Below are positions 1 to 10,698 of a DNA stretch of 64,000 nt, piece after piece. Position 1 is the stretch's first letter. Every line of letters begins with the position of its first letter. Both the position numbers and the translations under genes were made by a program. Below the pieces are notes generated by a model that saw only the letters and a list, made by a program, of their open reading frames with translations, was not told the origin of the DNA and searched no databases. The DNA lies in the NCBI GenBank assembly GCA_004431415.1, contig QPMI01000044.1:248001-312000 (forward strand), in the 5' to 3' direction. Source of the DNA: Cyanophora paradoxa CCMP329. Lineage: Eukaryota > Plantae > Glaucophyta.

Positions 1-667
1 CGGGCTAGTTTTCGCGCACGCTTTCCTTGACGGCGATCGAGTTTGACCAGACTCTTGGTTTTCGTCGCGGCGGTGCCCGAAGGCGGCCGTTCCTGCTCCA
101 TATGCGACCTGGAGGCTAGCTGTGACGCTCTCTGCTGCGTGCCGAAGCTGCGGTGCGTGCTGGTCGCGCGCTTCGCCGAGTCGCGTACGTCTACCCCGGG
201 TGTTTTAACTTTTGTAGGGGAGAATTATTCGAGTCCCAAGTCGAGTCCCAGCCAAGTCGAATTGCGGGGACCGACTTTTTTTCGCGAGCTGTGCGCAGCC
301 CTGGACATCGATCCTGTATGCATTCGAGATTCTGTTTAAGCGATTTATAAGCTCTGCGCATGCGCCTGGCCACGAGAATCTCGCCCGTCCCCACAACAAT
401 CTCCTCTCAATTTCCTCAGGGCCTCGAGCTCAACTACAGCTAGCTGATTGGCAGATACTCACCAATTCCCCTTATTCCATAATTATATTCTGTCATGGCA
501 ACTCCACTCAGGACAACTCCCCCATAATTATATTCCCTCTCACTCCCCCTTATCCTATAATTCCAACTGCAGGAACTCCCCTTATCACATAATTATATTC
601 TCTTAGAACAAATCCGCTCAGGACAACTCCTCCCATAATTATACTCACTCTCGGCAGCCCTCCCCTA

Positions 668-672
668 CCCTC
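668..672 (+). repeat. Target-site duplication CCCTC (left copy; right copy 12165-12169)
   Basis: Identical 5-mer abuts both TIR ends. A 5-6-bp TSD is typical of rve-type integrases. Confidence 0.85.
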
Positions 673-1076
673 AGCTCAGCACTGCGCCGTGTCTCCAAAA
701 AAATACCCGCGAAAAAATCAAAAACAAATCAGAAAACAAACCATTCCCAGTAACCCAATCTTGAATATCAGTAAATCTCAGTAAGCCTCAGTAAGAAACA
801 TTGAATTAATCGAAGTTATATCATAATCTCGATTAATTATATCTTATCGAAGTTATATCTTTTTTATGCGCCGTGTCTCCAAAACAATTCCCAAGAAAAA
901 CAAACCATTCACAGTAACCCAATTCCAAATCTCACTAAATCTCAGTAAGCCTCAGTAACAAAAATCGAATTAATCGAAGTTATATCTTAAATCTTATTTA
1001 TCGAAGTTATATCATAATCTCGATTAATTATATTTAATCGAAGTTATATCCTTTTTATCCGCCGTGTCTCCCATGA
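673..1076 (+). repeat. Left terminal inverted repeat (404 bp)
   Basis: Reverse complement of 11761-12164, with one mismatch seen by eye (1056 vs 11781). Internally about 2 copies of a ~185-190-bp unit starting CGCCGTGTCTCC. Confidence 0.97.
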
Positions 1077-1520
1077 ATAACTAAGTAAGTTTAGTTAAAA
1101 CCTCGAAAGAAAAACCTCTCATTTTTTACTGTATTTTTTGAACGATTTTTTACTGTATTTGTTACACTAGAAACAACAATAGAAACGACAATAAAAACAA
1201 TAGAATTTTAATTGTTTTTGAATCGTATATACGTCAATATATCACTGTAATATATATCATATATATCATAGGAAATCGATTTATAGTCAAACCTATAACA
1301 TATCAATTTGTGTATATGTGATATATATTCATATATGACGTCATGATGATGATGTATATGTATCTGATATATATGACACACCGGCTTATTCGGGAGATCA
1401 TGACGATCACGGCGATGTGTATATTGTCATGATGTATATGTATATATGTGTGACGCAATCTGATTGGTGTGCTACTTGTTTTGTTGTATCCCCCTTCAAC
1501 TTCTCCCCAGGTTTATATCA

Positions 1521-1790
1521 CAGATAACATCTCAGATAATACCTCAGATAATACCTCAGATAATACCTCAGATTATACCTAGCTCAGATAATACCTCAGA
1601 TGATATCTCAGATATTAAATGTAATTTTGTTCGATTCCCATTGGACTATGCCACAGAGTAGTATTTACCTCTCTGAGGTATTTACCTTGAGGTATTTATC
1701 TCTCTGAGGTATTTACCTCGAGGTATTTATCTCGCCGAGGTATTTACTGCGAGGTATTTACCGCGAGATATTTACCTCGAGGTATTTATC
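1521..1790. repeat. Two opposed short-repeat arrays inside the PLV (putative protein-binding/origin region)
   Basis: About 8 x CAGATAATACCT (1521-1614) and about 9 x GAGGTATTTA(C/T)CTC-like units (1658-1790). Confidence 0.85.
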
Positions 1791-1969
1791 ACACGTCTTC
1801 GGTTTTTTCGATTATCGGCATCTTCAAACGCTTGTATCTCATCACCAGATCATCAAATCGCAACGTTCTGCATAGCGTTTTGAAGCGCTATGAAAGCTCT
1901 ACGCAACTATGCTATTTTCTTAGTATTTCAAGCTACCTTATCATACAATATTCTTCAGAAATCGACCTT

Positions 1970-2728
1970 TTACACACTGATTGTGGTCATTTCTCGCTGA
2001 ATCCGAGCCATCTGACTCCTTTTAATTGCTTTTCTCTTCACAAACTTCTTAAAGCCCTTTATATCATCATCAGTGAGTACTGCTCTATCAGTATAGGTCT
2101 TGATATCATAACCTTGCAGGCTAGCTATGACAGTTTGGTAATTATAACCCCATAGTCTATGCAATTCCTTGTAGGTCTTCTTATCCAAACCACCATTGTA
2201 CTCATCAAAGGCGCAATTGAACTCTTTCTCGTTCCCAAGAATATTGAAAAATACAACGAACTCCACATTGCGACGAATGGTAGTAGAAATAGAACACAAA
2301 CGCTGAACATTAAAGATTACCGAGATTGAATAATGTCTTCCACTCGTTACTAATTTAGATAACACAGCCGAATTATGCATATCCAAATTTGAACCTATCA
2401 TGTCATCGAGTATGATAACTAGGTTATTTCGCTTTTCGTTATTCTCAATTCGTTTCTTTTGCATACTGATCAATCTCAAAACAATGTTATCATCCCACTC
2501 TTCATAGATGTTATCGGGATGGGTGATGTCATTGAATTGTCCAGTAAAAGCTGTTGAACTAAATATAACGATTTGATCGATCTTGTCACGAAGCTCGTAA
2601 AGTAAGTATTTTGTGAACATTGTCTTACCTGTATTGGAGCGACCAACATTCAAAATTCTTGTCGGGATTCGAACCGTCTTACTCGGATCGAACTCCGGAA
2701 TATCATCAAGATTTACTGTGTTATCCAT
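1970..2728 (-). CDS. A32/FtsK-like DNA packaging ATPase
   Basis: 252 aa. Walker A GRSNTGKT, Walker B VIILDD, and the A32-family signature SGRHYSISVIFNVQ. Confidence 0.93.
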   Translation of the reverse strand: MDNTVNLDDIPEFDPSKTVRIPTRILNVGRSNTGKTMFTKYLLYELRDKIDQIVIFSSTAFTGQFNDITHPDNIYEEWDDNIVLRLISMQKKRIENNEKRNNLVIILDDMIGSNLDMHNSAVLSKLVTSGRHYSISVIFNVQRLCSISTTIRRNVEFVVFFNILGNEKEFNCAFDEYNGGLDKKTYKELHRLWGYNYQTVIASLQGYDIKTYTDRAVLTDDDIKGFKKFVKRKAIKRSQMARIQREMTTISV

Positions 2729-2808
2729 TACAGTAATAAGATAAAAAACAAAATAAAGTACACACCTACAAATAATTGCGCTTCCTACACTAACAAAAGA
2801 AAAGAACT

Positions 2809-4034
2809 TTAGAAGTTCGAGACTTTCAGGGTAGAGATGTTGTAGCCATTAAGTACCATAACATTGTGTCGGAGGGCATAGATATCAACCTGAACAGGAG
2901 CGGCATCAGTGCATCCGGAAACAGTGAGATCCATGTAACTCGAGCTGCTGTTGAAGAAATCCTGGTAACCCATAACCGAGTTCCGAAGCGAATCTTTTCC
3001 AGACTTGGAAAGAACAATTCCGTAAACATTTCCAGACTCGAATCCGTACGTGGTATTGCCCACAGTAACACCCTTGTAATGAGAGGGAATGTGATTGACA
3101 GCGGAGAGGAAACCGGAAATGGGTTTGTTGGAGATATCAAGGGAGCGATTGTTGTGGAAGATCTGGAACTGATCAATCTTAACAGCAGATTCATGACCAC
3201 AGAAATCTGAGTGAGTGTAGGTGTTAAGTTTGTTCACCTCTCGAACAGTCATGAGAATCGAATGTACAAGACCGGAAACATTAGCAAGTGTCACCTCAAC
3301 AGATTCACCAGCATCAGCGGTTTTGAGCGCTCGGGTCTTCTTGTGAATGACCTCTGTAATCGGAATGCGAATGCCACCTTGTTCATTCGCCATTTTAAGG
3401 AGTGTCTCAGCCTCAGCCGAAGCAATGTTTACGAATTGGCAGATCAGAGAGCAATCCGCAAAGGTTACAGATCCACCAGCAGGAACTTGGACAATCGCAG
3501 CATCACGGAAATCAACCTCGATTGTTGGCATATCGGCTAGCGTACATAATGGGAAATAAGCTTCTTCCCAGAAAGCAGCGGGGATTCTAACGATGTATTC
3601 CATTGCTTCATCTGTGCTTTCACGATCTGTCTCTTTGAAGTAACCGAGAGAAGCATACATGCTGCTCATGGTAGCGTGATCATTATCGACCAGGGCGTTT
3701 ACAGTGATCCAATCACCAGGGATAATATACTTGAAACCACCATGAACGAAACGGACCTCATTAATAAAAGAAGAACCACCATTGGGGAGGGTGCAGGCTA
3801 CACCACCACCAGTGGCAATCTTGAAATAGAGCGAAACACCAGCAAGGAGTTGCTTGCGAGGTAGATCAAAGTAAGCGGTATTCTTGAAGCCAAAAGTGTT
3901 GCCCCGGGACGAACTTGCTCGAGGAATGGTTTGTATTTGGGGTTGGTTCCGATTTGGAGACCAGGGGAAAGATAAATTTGATCGGAACCGGGAGTTACGA
4001 GGAGTTCCTTCAGGGTAGTTCCAGTGAGTGCCAT
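2809..4034 (-). CDS. Major capsid protein (double jelly-roll type), ~408 aa, with one apparent frameshift near 3903
   Basis: The frame of ORF 2809-3669 stays open upstream (GNTFGFKNTAYFDLPRKQLLAGVSLYFKI, resembling the N-terminal strands of DJR MCPs). It joins the ATG at 4034 (MALTGTTLKELL...) if one base is added in the CCCGGGG run. Position next to the ATPase and penton fits. Confidence 0.8.
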
Positions 4035-4086
4035 CTCTTATGTTTAAAATACCAAAAGAAATTTTTAAAATGCTTTATTAAACAGA

Positions 4087-4974
4087 ATGACGCGTTACTA
4101 TCTCAATATTGATTCCAGGGACCGATCGGATGGAACCCCAACTAATTTCACATACAGACTCCCTTATGCGATCCAAAAGGTCAGAGCCTGTCGAGTAACG
4201 AACTTTGAGATGTTTCACAATCTTTACAACCTCTCTGAAGTAGGAACCCTCACCACACAAACACTCGATAATGCTGGGAACCCAAAGAATAGAAACAACG
4301 AAGTCCTCCGAGGTGCATATACACCGGATTCACTGGTGAATTATCTGATCGCTCGCATTGGATCCCAGCCCTATAATCAAGCGGGTGGCGGAACTTACAC
4401 TCGCCATTTCTATGTAACCTATGATCCCACAACATTGCTTCTAAGGTTCATGTGTGAGGTTCCATTCTCAATCACTATGAACACTCAACTCTTAGCCAAT
4501 TTCTGTGGTTTTGAAAATGCTAACACACTGTACCAATCGAGTCCTCTATCATCTAATGTCACAGTTGGAGCCTTTACTTATGCTCACTACATTGATAGTG
4601 AAATGCCATTAGATCTACTATTTAATTCCTATTTGCTTCTTCATGTTGATCCACTGAAAGGAAGATATGTGAGCAATAACAAACGAGATAACAATGCTAT
4701 CGCGAAAATTGAGATTGACCAAACGGTTGGCAGTCTATTAAAATATGATTCATCGAATAATTCCATGATCGTTCACGAGCAGAATGGCTTGGTTGAGGTT
4801 GAGACTCTAGATGTGAGACTTTCTTACTGGAATGGAGCCACAGCAGACATTACTACCGACTGGTCGATGACTCTCGAACTGATTACTGAAGATGATAAAG
4901 ACCTGACAAAGAAAGCATTGAAGAATGTCATTAAAGAGTTGGAGGGACTCTACCTGCCATTCTCATGGTCATAG
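4087..4974 (+). CDS. Minor capsid (penton) protein
   Basis: 295 aa. N-terminal YLNIDSRDR..NF.Y.L and C-terminal LDVRLSYWNG...DWSMTLEL motifs are typical of PLV/NCLDV single-jelly-roll pentons. Divergent from the MCP across a 52-bp AT-rich gap. Confidence 0.85.
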   Translation: MTRYYLNIDSRDRSDGTPTNFTYRLPYAIQKVRACRVTNFEMFHNLYNLSEVGTLTTQTLDNAGNPKNRNNEVLRGAYTPDSLVNYLIARIGSQPYNQAGGGTYTRHFYVTYDPTTLLLRFMCEVPFSITMNTQLLANFCGFENANTLYQSSPLSSNVTVGAFTYAHYIDSEMPLDLLFNSYLLLHVDPLKGRYVSNNKRDNNAIAKIEIDQTVGSLLKYDSSNNSMIVHEQNGLVEVETLDVRLSYWNGATADITTDWSMTLELITEDDKDLTKKALKNVIKELEGLYLPFSWS

Positions 4975-5010
4975 GAAATACTGTAGAATAATTTTGTCTC
5001 GATATTACAA

Positions 5011-5772
5011 ATGGCTCGCAAGACTCAACCCAAGAATTTCTTAGCCAAACCAGCCGCTGAAGCGGATGTTGGCAATGGTGAGAATGGAAGGAACTGGTAT
5101 AAGAAATCGAAAGGACTCGCTGCATACGGAACTGGTGACCTCGAAAAGGAAGTCCATAAAGAACGAAACCAATTCACCCAAGCCACTACGAAAAACAGTA
5201 ATGATGATAATGCCCTTGTTGACCAAGTCCCACTGAACCGCATGCCCGGAGCCAAACGAGGAATCAAGAAAGGACAGTTCAAATCATCCACAAAGGACAA
5301 GGTTGCCTCATCATCGACACTGCTGAAACTGCTTGATGGTGGTGAGCGACTCTACTCAACCTATTCCGAGAAAGACCATCGCAACCGCTACTTTATTCGT
5401 TCAACCACTGGTGGACTGAAATCTGTAACATATCAGTATGCTAAGAGTCTTGTTGATGGTATTGCAGCAGAGACCAAAAACGAAAACAAGATCAAGGAAC
5501 AGCCAATCACAAAGGAAAAGGTTGAGAAGAAACCAGAAGTAACCCATGAAGTTATTCCCGAACCTGTTCATGTGGCAAAAGACTCACCTACAGAATTGAT
5601 TGCAAAGACCATTGAGTATCAAGACTCCAACAAAACGGATTTGCCGGTTCTCAATAAGTCGATCCTTCGGGTTGCCACTTCGCAGGCTGATCCAGTCAAC
5701 TCGATTCCAAATGCTGCCCCAATGGTCTCTGGATTCGCCAAGCTTGGTATAAGACCCGGTTATCGCCGTTAA
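5011..5772 (+). CDS. Hypothetical Lys-rich PLV protein (possible core/DNA-binding protein)
   Basis: Intact 253-aa ORF immediately after the penton gene. No recognisable domain. Confidence 0.7.
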   Translation: MARKTQPKNFLAKPAAEADVGNGENGRNWYKKSKGLAAYGTGDLEKEVHKERNQFTQATTKNSNDDNALVDQVPLNRMPGAKRGIKKGQFKSSTKDKVASSSTLLKLLDGGERLYSTYSEKDHRNRYFIRSTTGGLKSVTYQYAKSLVDGIAAETKNENKIKEQPITKEKVEKKPEVTHEVIPEPVHVAKDSPTELIAKTIEYQDSNKTDLPVLNKSILRVATSQADPVNSIPNAAPMVSGFAKLGIRPGYRR

Positions 5773-6031
5773 GGATCAATCTGAATAATATAATTTCTCA
5801 AACATTGTTAGCGCTACGTAACCAATCCTATCCCGTAGGCTCAAAACTTCTTCATTTTTATGGAGGCGTTGTAGAGCGAAGTGAAATATCCATAGGTAAA
5901 TCACTTTAATCACCTGTTCTACCGGGTTCAGTGGTAGAAACTTGCAGCCGACAAGTGAACCTTCTGGGTATCGGTGGCTTTATCATTTTTCCAGCATCTT
6001 CTTTCGTACTGGATGCTCTGCAATCGGGACC

Positions 6032-6108
6032 AAAATTTGACAGGAGTTTATTCGCTATATACAGACAGAAAAACTACTTAAAGATTTCTTAACATATATT
6101 AAGAGAGT
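6032..6108 (+). promoter_or_regulatory. Putative viral promoter (copy 1): AAAATTTGAC..GAGT / ACTTAAAGA / ATATATTAA.AGAGT
   Basis: The same three ordered motifs recur at 6546-6607, each set just upstream of an ATGCC start. Confidence 0.55.
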
Positions 6109-6121
6109 AGAAAAGGACAAC

Positions 6122-6378
6122 ATGCCAATCAGTGAGGCTCAGAAGCGTGCTACTTATCGTTATCGTAAAACTGAAAAAGGTCAGGAATATTTGAAAAAGT
6201 ACAATGCCAGATTTGCAAAGCAAATGCGTGACTTATACCATACTGATGAGTGTTACAGAGCCATGAAGATCGTTGAGAGTTCCAGCGTCTCTATGCTTCC
6301 AATGCAGTCTGCTTTGTGAAGTATCTCTATGGTGTCCCGTATTCTAACCGTGGTCGCAAATCGAAATATCTCTGTTAA
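6122..6378 (+). CDS. Small basic protein (MPISEAQKRATYRYRK...), probable frameshift near 6278
   Basis: The N-terminus resembles the 'SEAQKRA..KY' small basic proteins of large DNA viruses. ORF 6122-6319 can be extended to TAA at 6378 via an alternative frame. Shares an upstream motif with the next gene. Confidence 0.55.
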
Positions 6379-6545
6379 TCGTTTTCTCAGCGCGATCTGC
6401 TCTGAGAAACCCGTGGGAAACGCGCTGGAACCACAAATATAATCATTCTGTTATTTTTAGAGTTCGATGATCGAGCCAACCCTTTGTTATTTTTATGAAT
6501 GCCCTCGACTAAATTTATTTTGTTGGAGACTTTTGGTTTTGTCGT

Positions 6546-6607
6546 AAAATTTGACGCGAGTATAAAAGTATTTAAAGAAAACTTTTGTAGGTATATATTA
6601 ATAGAGT
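6546..6607 (+). promoter_or_regulatory. Putative viral promoter (copy 2) upstream of the pPolB-helicase gene
   Basis: AAAATTTGAC 6546-6555, ATTTAAAGA 6570-6578, ATATATTAATAGAGT 6593-6607, ATG at 6618. Confidence 0.55.
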
Positions 6608-6617
6608 GAACAAAGAA

Positions 6618-9600
6618 ATGCCTCGACCAAGTAATCGAATTTCGAAAATTTGCAGGATGAGATTCTTGGCTACTACATGCAAGCAAAAGTAGAAGACAAA
6701 TTGACCCGAGAGCAGGATATCTATTTCTTGAGAGAATTTACTTTCAAAGCAATTAGAATTCCAAAGTTGATTGATATCAGAGATACACTGAGAGGTATCG
6801 TAGAGCCTCGTTTGTATCGCAAGCAGGAGAAGAAGGAGAAGAGGGCTGAGAGAGCCGCTAAGAATGTTGAGAAGCAAAACAAGAAAGCGGAGCAAGCGAG
6901 AGAGCGGAAGCGCTTGACTCCTTTCCAGCAGATGATTGCTAACCTCCGTGAGTTTGTTGAAAACTCACCTGGAAACATGGTCACCCTGAATGTGAGACTC
7001 TTCCGTGAGTTGCAAGAGGGAGAACAAGCCCCTGCAAATGCAAACAGGGTCACTGAGAATGGTGTGACTACATTGAATCGAAGAGGCTTCGGAACAATCG
7101 CCCTTTGGTATCCAGTGTACCAAGGCAGCTTTTCTGAATGCTCTCGGTCTGGTTCAATCCACCTTCAATACGTTCCCATGTGTTGAGGGGACTGTCATTG
7201 CTGAATTTATTGCAGCAGTTATTGAGTTTAACTCGACCAATCAAGATTTCCGCTACCTAAAACTAATTGAGCAAGATACCTACCCCGATATTATGACAAT
7301 TGAAAGAGTCATCACGACAGATAATGAAGAATACATCCAAGAAATGAACAAGTCCTCAGAGACAATACAAACGCTCCAATGATTATTTCGAATTTCATTA
7401 AAACGAAGGGAACCCCCAAGCCACCACATTCAAGGAAATGTTCTTGAAAGGTGATTCATTCAAGGTTGGGAAGTGTGTTTTCGATGTCCTCATCAAATGG
7501 TTTGGAGGAGCGTTTGAGAAGGCTAAGACCAAAGGGAAATACAAGCGAATCGATTGGTCTTACAACGGACTCTTTAAGATGGTGAATGGGCGAGACCCTG
7601 TTGAAGGAGATGATTGGGGCATTTCTTTCAAGTCCATTTCGGAGAAGGTTCTTGACCCACTGCGCCTAGGCATGGTTACAATTGGAAAGGACGACAGAAC
7701 CCCTGTCCCTGAACTGACTTTCCTGCCCAAGACCAGGAACACACACTTGACCCCTTCTGTTGCATATGTGAAGATTGAGAATGGTCACATGTATTTGTTA
7801 AATCACAATATTAAGGCTCTCACACAGTCCTTCAATGGCTCCAAGCCAAAAGATACCAATGTTCCACTCAGTTCTCGTTACAAGATTATAAAGCAAAGAA
7901 GGTTCAAGGAGTTTGCCACAAATCCCGATGACATTCTGAGAATTGTCAGGTCTGACAATCCAAAGAACCAATCGAGCATTCGAATCTGCTATGGTGGTTC
8001 ACTGGATGAACTACTCAGAGAGTTCATTGTGGTGCATAATTATCAGGTCCAACCTGGGTTCTCCCAAATCGGAAAGGCAACCCATATTCGTTTCACTATT
8101 GACGATAAGGATGTTGTCGTGACCCCACCTGGTAACGATACAGATGTGGAAACAGCTTTCGAGATTAGCTTCAAGAATGCTGAGTACAGAGATAAATTCG
8201 AGAAACTAAATCTGGATATGTATAGGTCTCTAATCAACACTTCCAACAAGAGTACTTACAATGAGCAAACCATAAATGCATTCAAGAATGGAGTGCAGAC
8301 TGCCCTTCGTGGTCTCTTTGATGTGGATGAGGAGACCTTTGATGAAATTCGCTATAACACAGATATTTACGAGTTCGATATGTGCAAAGCATACCCTTAC
8401 ATTGTAGCCTTGATGATCAAATTCGTTCCTGTTCTCAGCAAGTTCGATGTCTTCAAGAGTGTGACAATCACAGATGCAGAGCAAATCGAGGAATACAGCT
8501 TCTATTACGTGAAACTGGACGACAAATACTTTTTCAAAGCCAAAGACAAGAACGGAAAGGAGTACGAAGCAAACACCTACAACAGATACAAGAGGATGAT
8601 CATTGATTCCAAGTACAATGTTGTTCCTGGTTTGGTTCTCAAAAGCATTTCGAGGATTTCAAGGATGACATCTCCATCAAAGCGGTTCTGCGACCTTACA
8701 AACTCATTCCCAACCTTGCAGGCAACACAGTTGCTCGAATCTTAGATAGCGACCTCGATCCTGTTGATAAGAAGCAGATCTTGGTGAGTGCAATTGGGCA
8801 AACTGGAAAGCAACGAAATAGCAGAGTGAAAACCACCATTTTCCACAACAGAGACGATGCGATCGAGTTCCAGAAACAGAACGGAGGGGAGGTTAAAATT
8901 TACCTCTTTGGTGAGACTCTTGCCACTTATGAGGAGACAGAGTTCGTTCTGTGTGAGGAAGAGATGACCGAACCCATATCTACTATGTCAATCAGGTAGC
9001 AGAAAAGCAGCTCATTGATGGCTTCATGCCATTGTACACTACCCTCTTGTCAATTATGAGGATGTGTATGTATGAGAAGTGTGTCGAACTCGCTAAACAG
9101 CAGATCCGACCACTCGCTTTGAACACCGATTGTGTTTATGGGATCGCTTATGAACCCATTGCCCCAGTGTCATTCGATCGCAATGCCTTTGAGAATATTG
9201 GAAAATTCAGTGTGAAATGCTGCCCCAATTTTTCTAAAAAGTTTTCAGGTGAGAAGAAAGACCTCGAGGCAAAACGAATTCGTTACGGAAAGTTTGAGAG
9301 AGCGACTGACTTTGTGAAAATCGAGAACTACAGTTATACCAAACACTCTGTGGTTGATGAGTATGACACAACCGCGATTTGTGATTTGCTGGCTACACAA
9401 AAACGATGGGTTCTTCTCGGATCAGTTCCAGGAGTTGGAAAGACTCACATGACAGTTGAATATGGGAAGCGTTTCAAAAATCCCCTCTATATTGTTCCGA
9501 CCAACAAGCGAGTGAAGGAAATGAAAGAGCAAGGATTGAAAAATGTGAAGACAATCTATGATGCCCTTCATCTCAAAATCGATGAGTCGAACATGGATGA

Positions 9601-10698
9601 AATCGTAGGAGGGAATGCATCTGGTTTGGTAGAATTTGATTGCATTGTTATTGATGAGATCTGTCAGTTTAAGATTGGAGAACTGGCAGCCCTGGACCAC
9701 ATCATGAATGAGCAGTTCCCAGATAAGGTATACATTGCCACAGGTGACCCGTATCAGAACCCACCCATTCAGGATATGAGTGTTGACCAAGATGAGTATT
9801 ACCTCGATATTCTCCATCGCCTGTTCCCCAACGAATTGTTACTCCAAGTGAACAAGCGACATGAGACTGAGGAAGATCGCAGGAAGGTCGAGCAAATTCG
9901 AATTGATTTATTCGAGAAAGGTTTGAGTGTAAGTGAGGTCCTCACAAAGTATGGGTTCAAGGTTGTGGACGAATTGGAAAAGACTGATATTGGCATTGTT
10001 TACACAAACCGCAAGGGTGCAGAGGTGAACCTAGCCCTTCACAAAATGAACTACGGGGATAATGTTTCCATTTATGCTGGCGGCATCAAAGTTGTTGCAA
10101 AGACTCGTATTGCAAAGGTGGAAAAATAGTTCATAATGGATTTGTCTACAAGATTGTCAAGCTCTCAAAGGACAGTTTCATAATTGCTGACATTGCCAAC
10201 AAGAAGGATGAGATTGTTCTCAGCAGGGATGCAGTCAAACATTTCGCCCTGGCTTATGCAAACACCTGCCATGTTGTTCAAGGTGATACGATTCGCTGCA
10301 AAGGGAACAGGGTAGTTGTGTTCGAAACGGGGGCGCCATTTGTGTCAAAGAAGTGGCTCTATGTTGCTCTCACACGAACCACAAGGCTGGATGATGTCGT
10401 TATTTACCATGATAATTTCGAAATGGCTCACTGGAAGGTGTGGAAGAGAGAGAATAACGAGAAAATATCGACTTACAAGGATCAGGACCGAGCAGCAAAC
10501 AGACAATTCGATGAGCATGATTACATCACATGGGATTGGATCAAGCAGCGATATGGGAAGCAGTATGGGCATTGCCTGCGATGCTACAATGCCATGGACT
10601 TTGAAGATATTTCGGTAGATCGAATTAATAATGCTGTGGCTCACATTACCAAAAATTGTTTCCTCTCTCATATTAAGTGTAACTGTGCCGCCCAATAA
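6618..10698 (+). CDS. Divergent protein-primed family B DNA polymerase-SF1 helicase-HNH-like fusion (~1360 aa), split by ~7 single-base frameshifts
   Basis: PolB-like motifs: FDMCKAYP (A), KKQILVSAIGQTGK (B), NTDC (C). SF1 motifs: GSVPGVGKT, VIDEICQ, TGDPYQNPP, YANTCHVVQG, LYVALTR. C-terminal CLRC..SVDRINNAVAH..NC....KCN. Fragments join by 1-nt shifts near 6647, 7090, 7340, 7418, 8643, 8974 and 10115. Confidence 0.85.

Noticed and set aside
1464-1661. ORF with PQII repeats
   Set aside because: Translation of the 12-bp DNA repeat from a non-ATG start. No coding evidence.
1521-1790. CRISPR-like array
   Set aside because: Units are 12-17 bp and abut each other with no unique spacers. No cas genes, and the context is eukaryotic.
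5790-6030. Structured ncRNA in the PLV intergenic gap
   Set aside because: Only two 6-7-bp stems (TTCTACC/GGTAGAA, AGCATC/GATGCT), not distinguishable from chance without covariation data.
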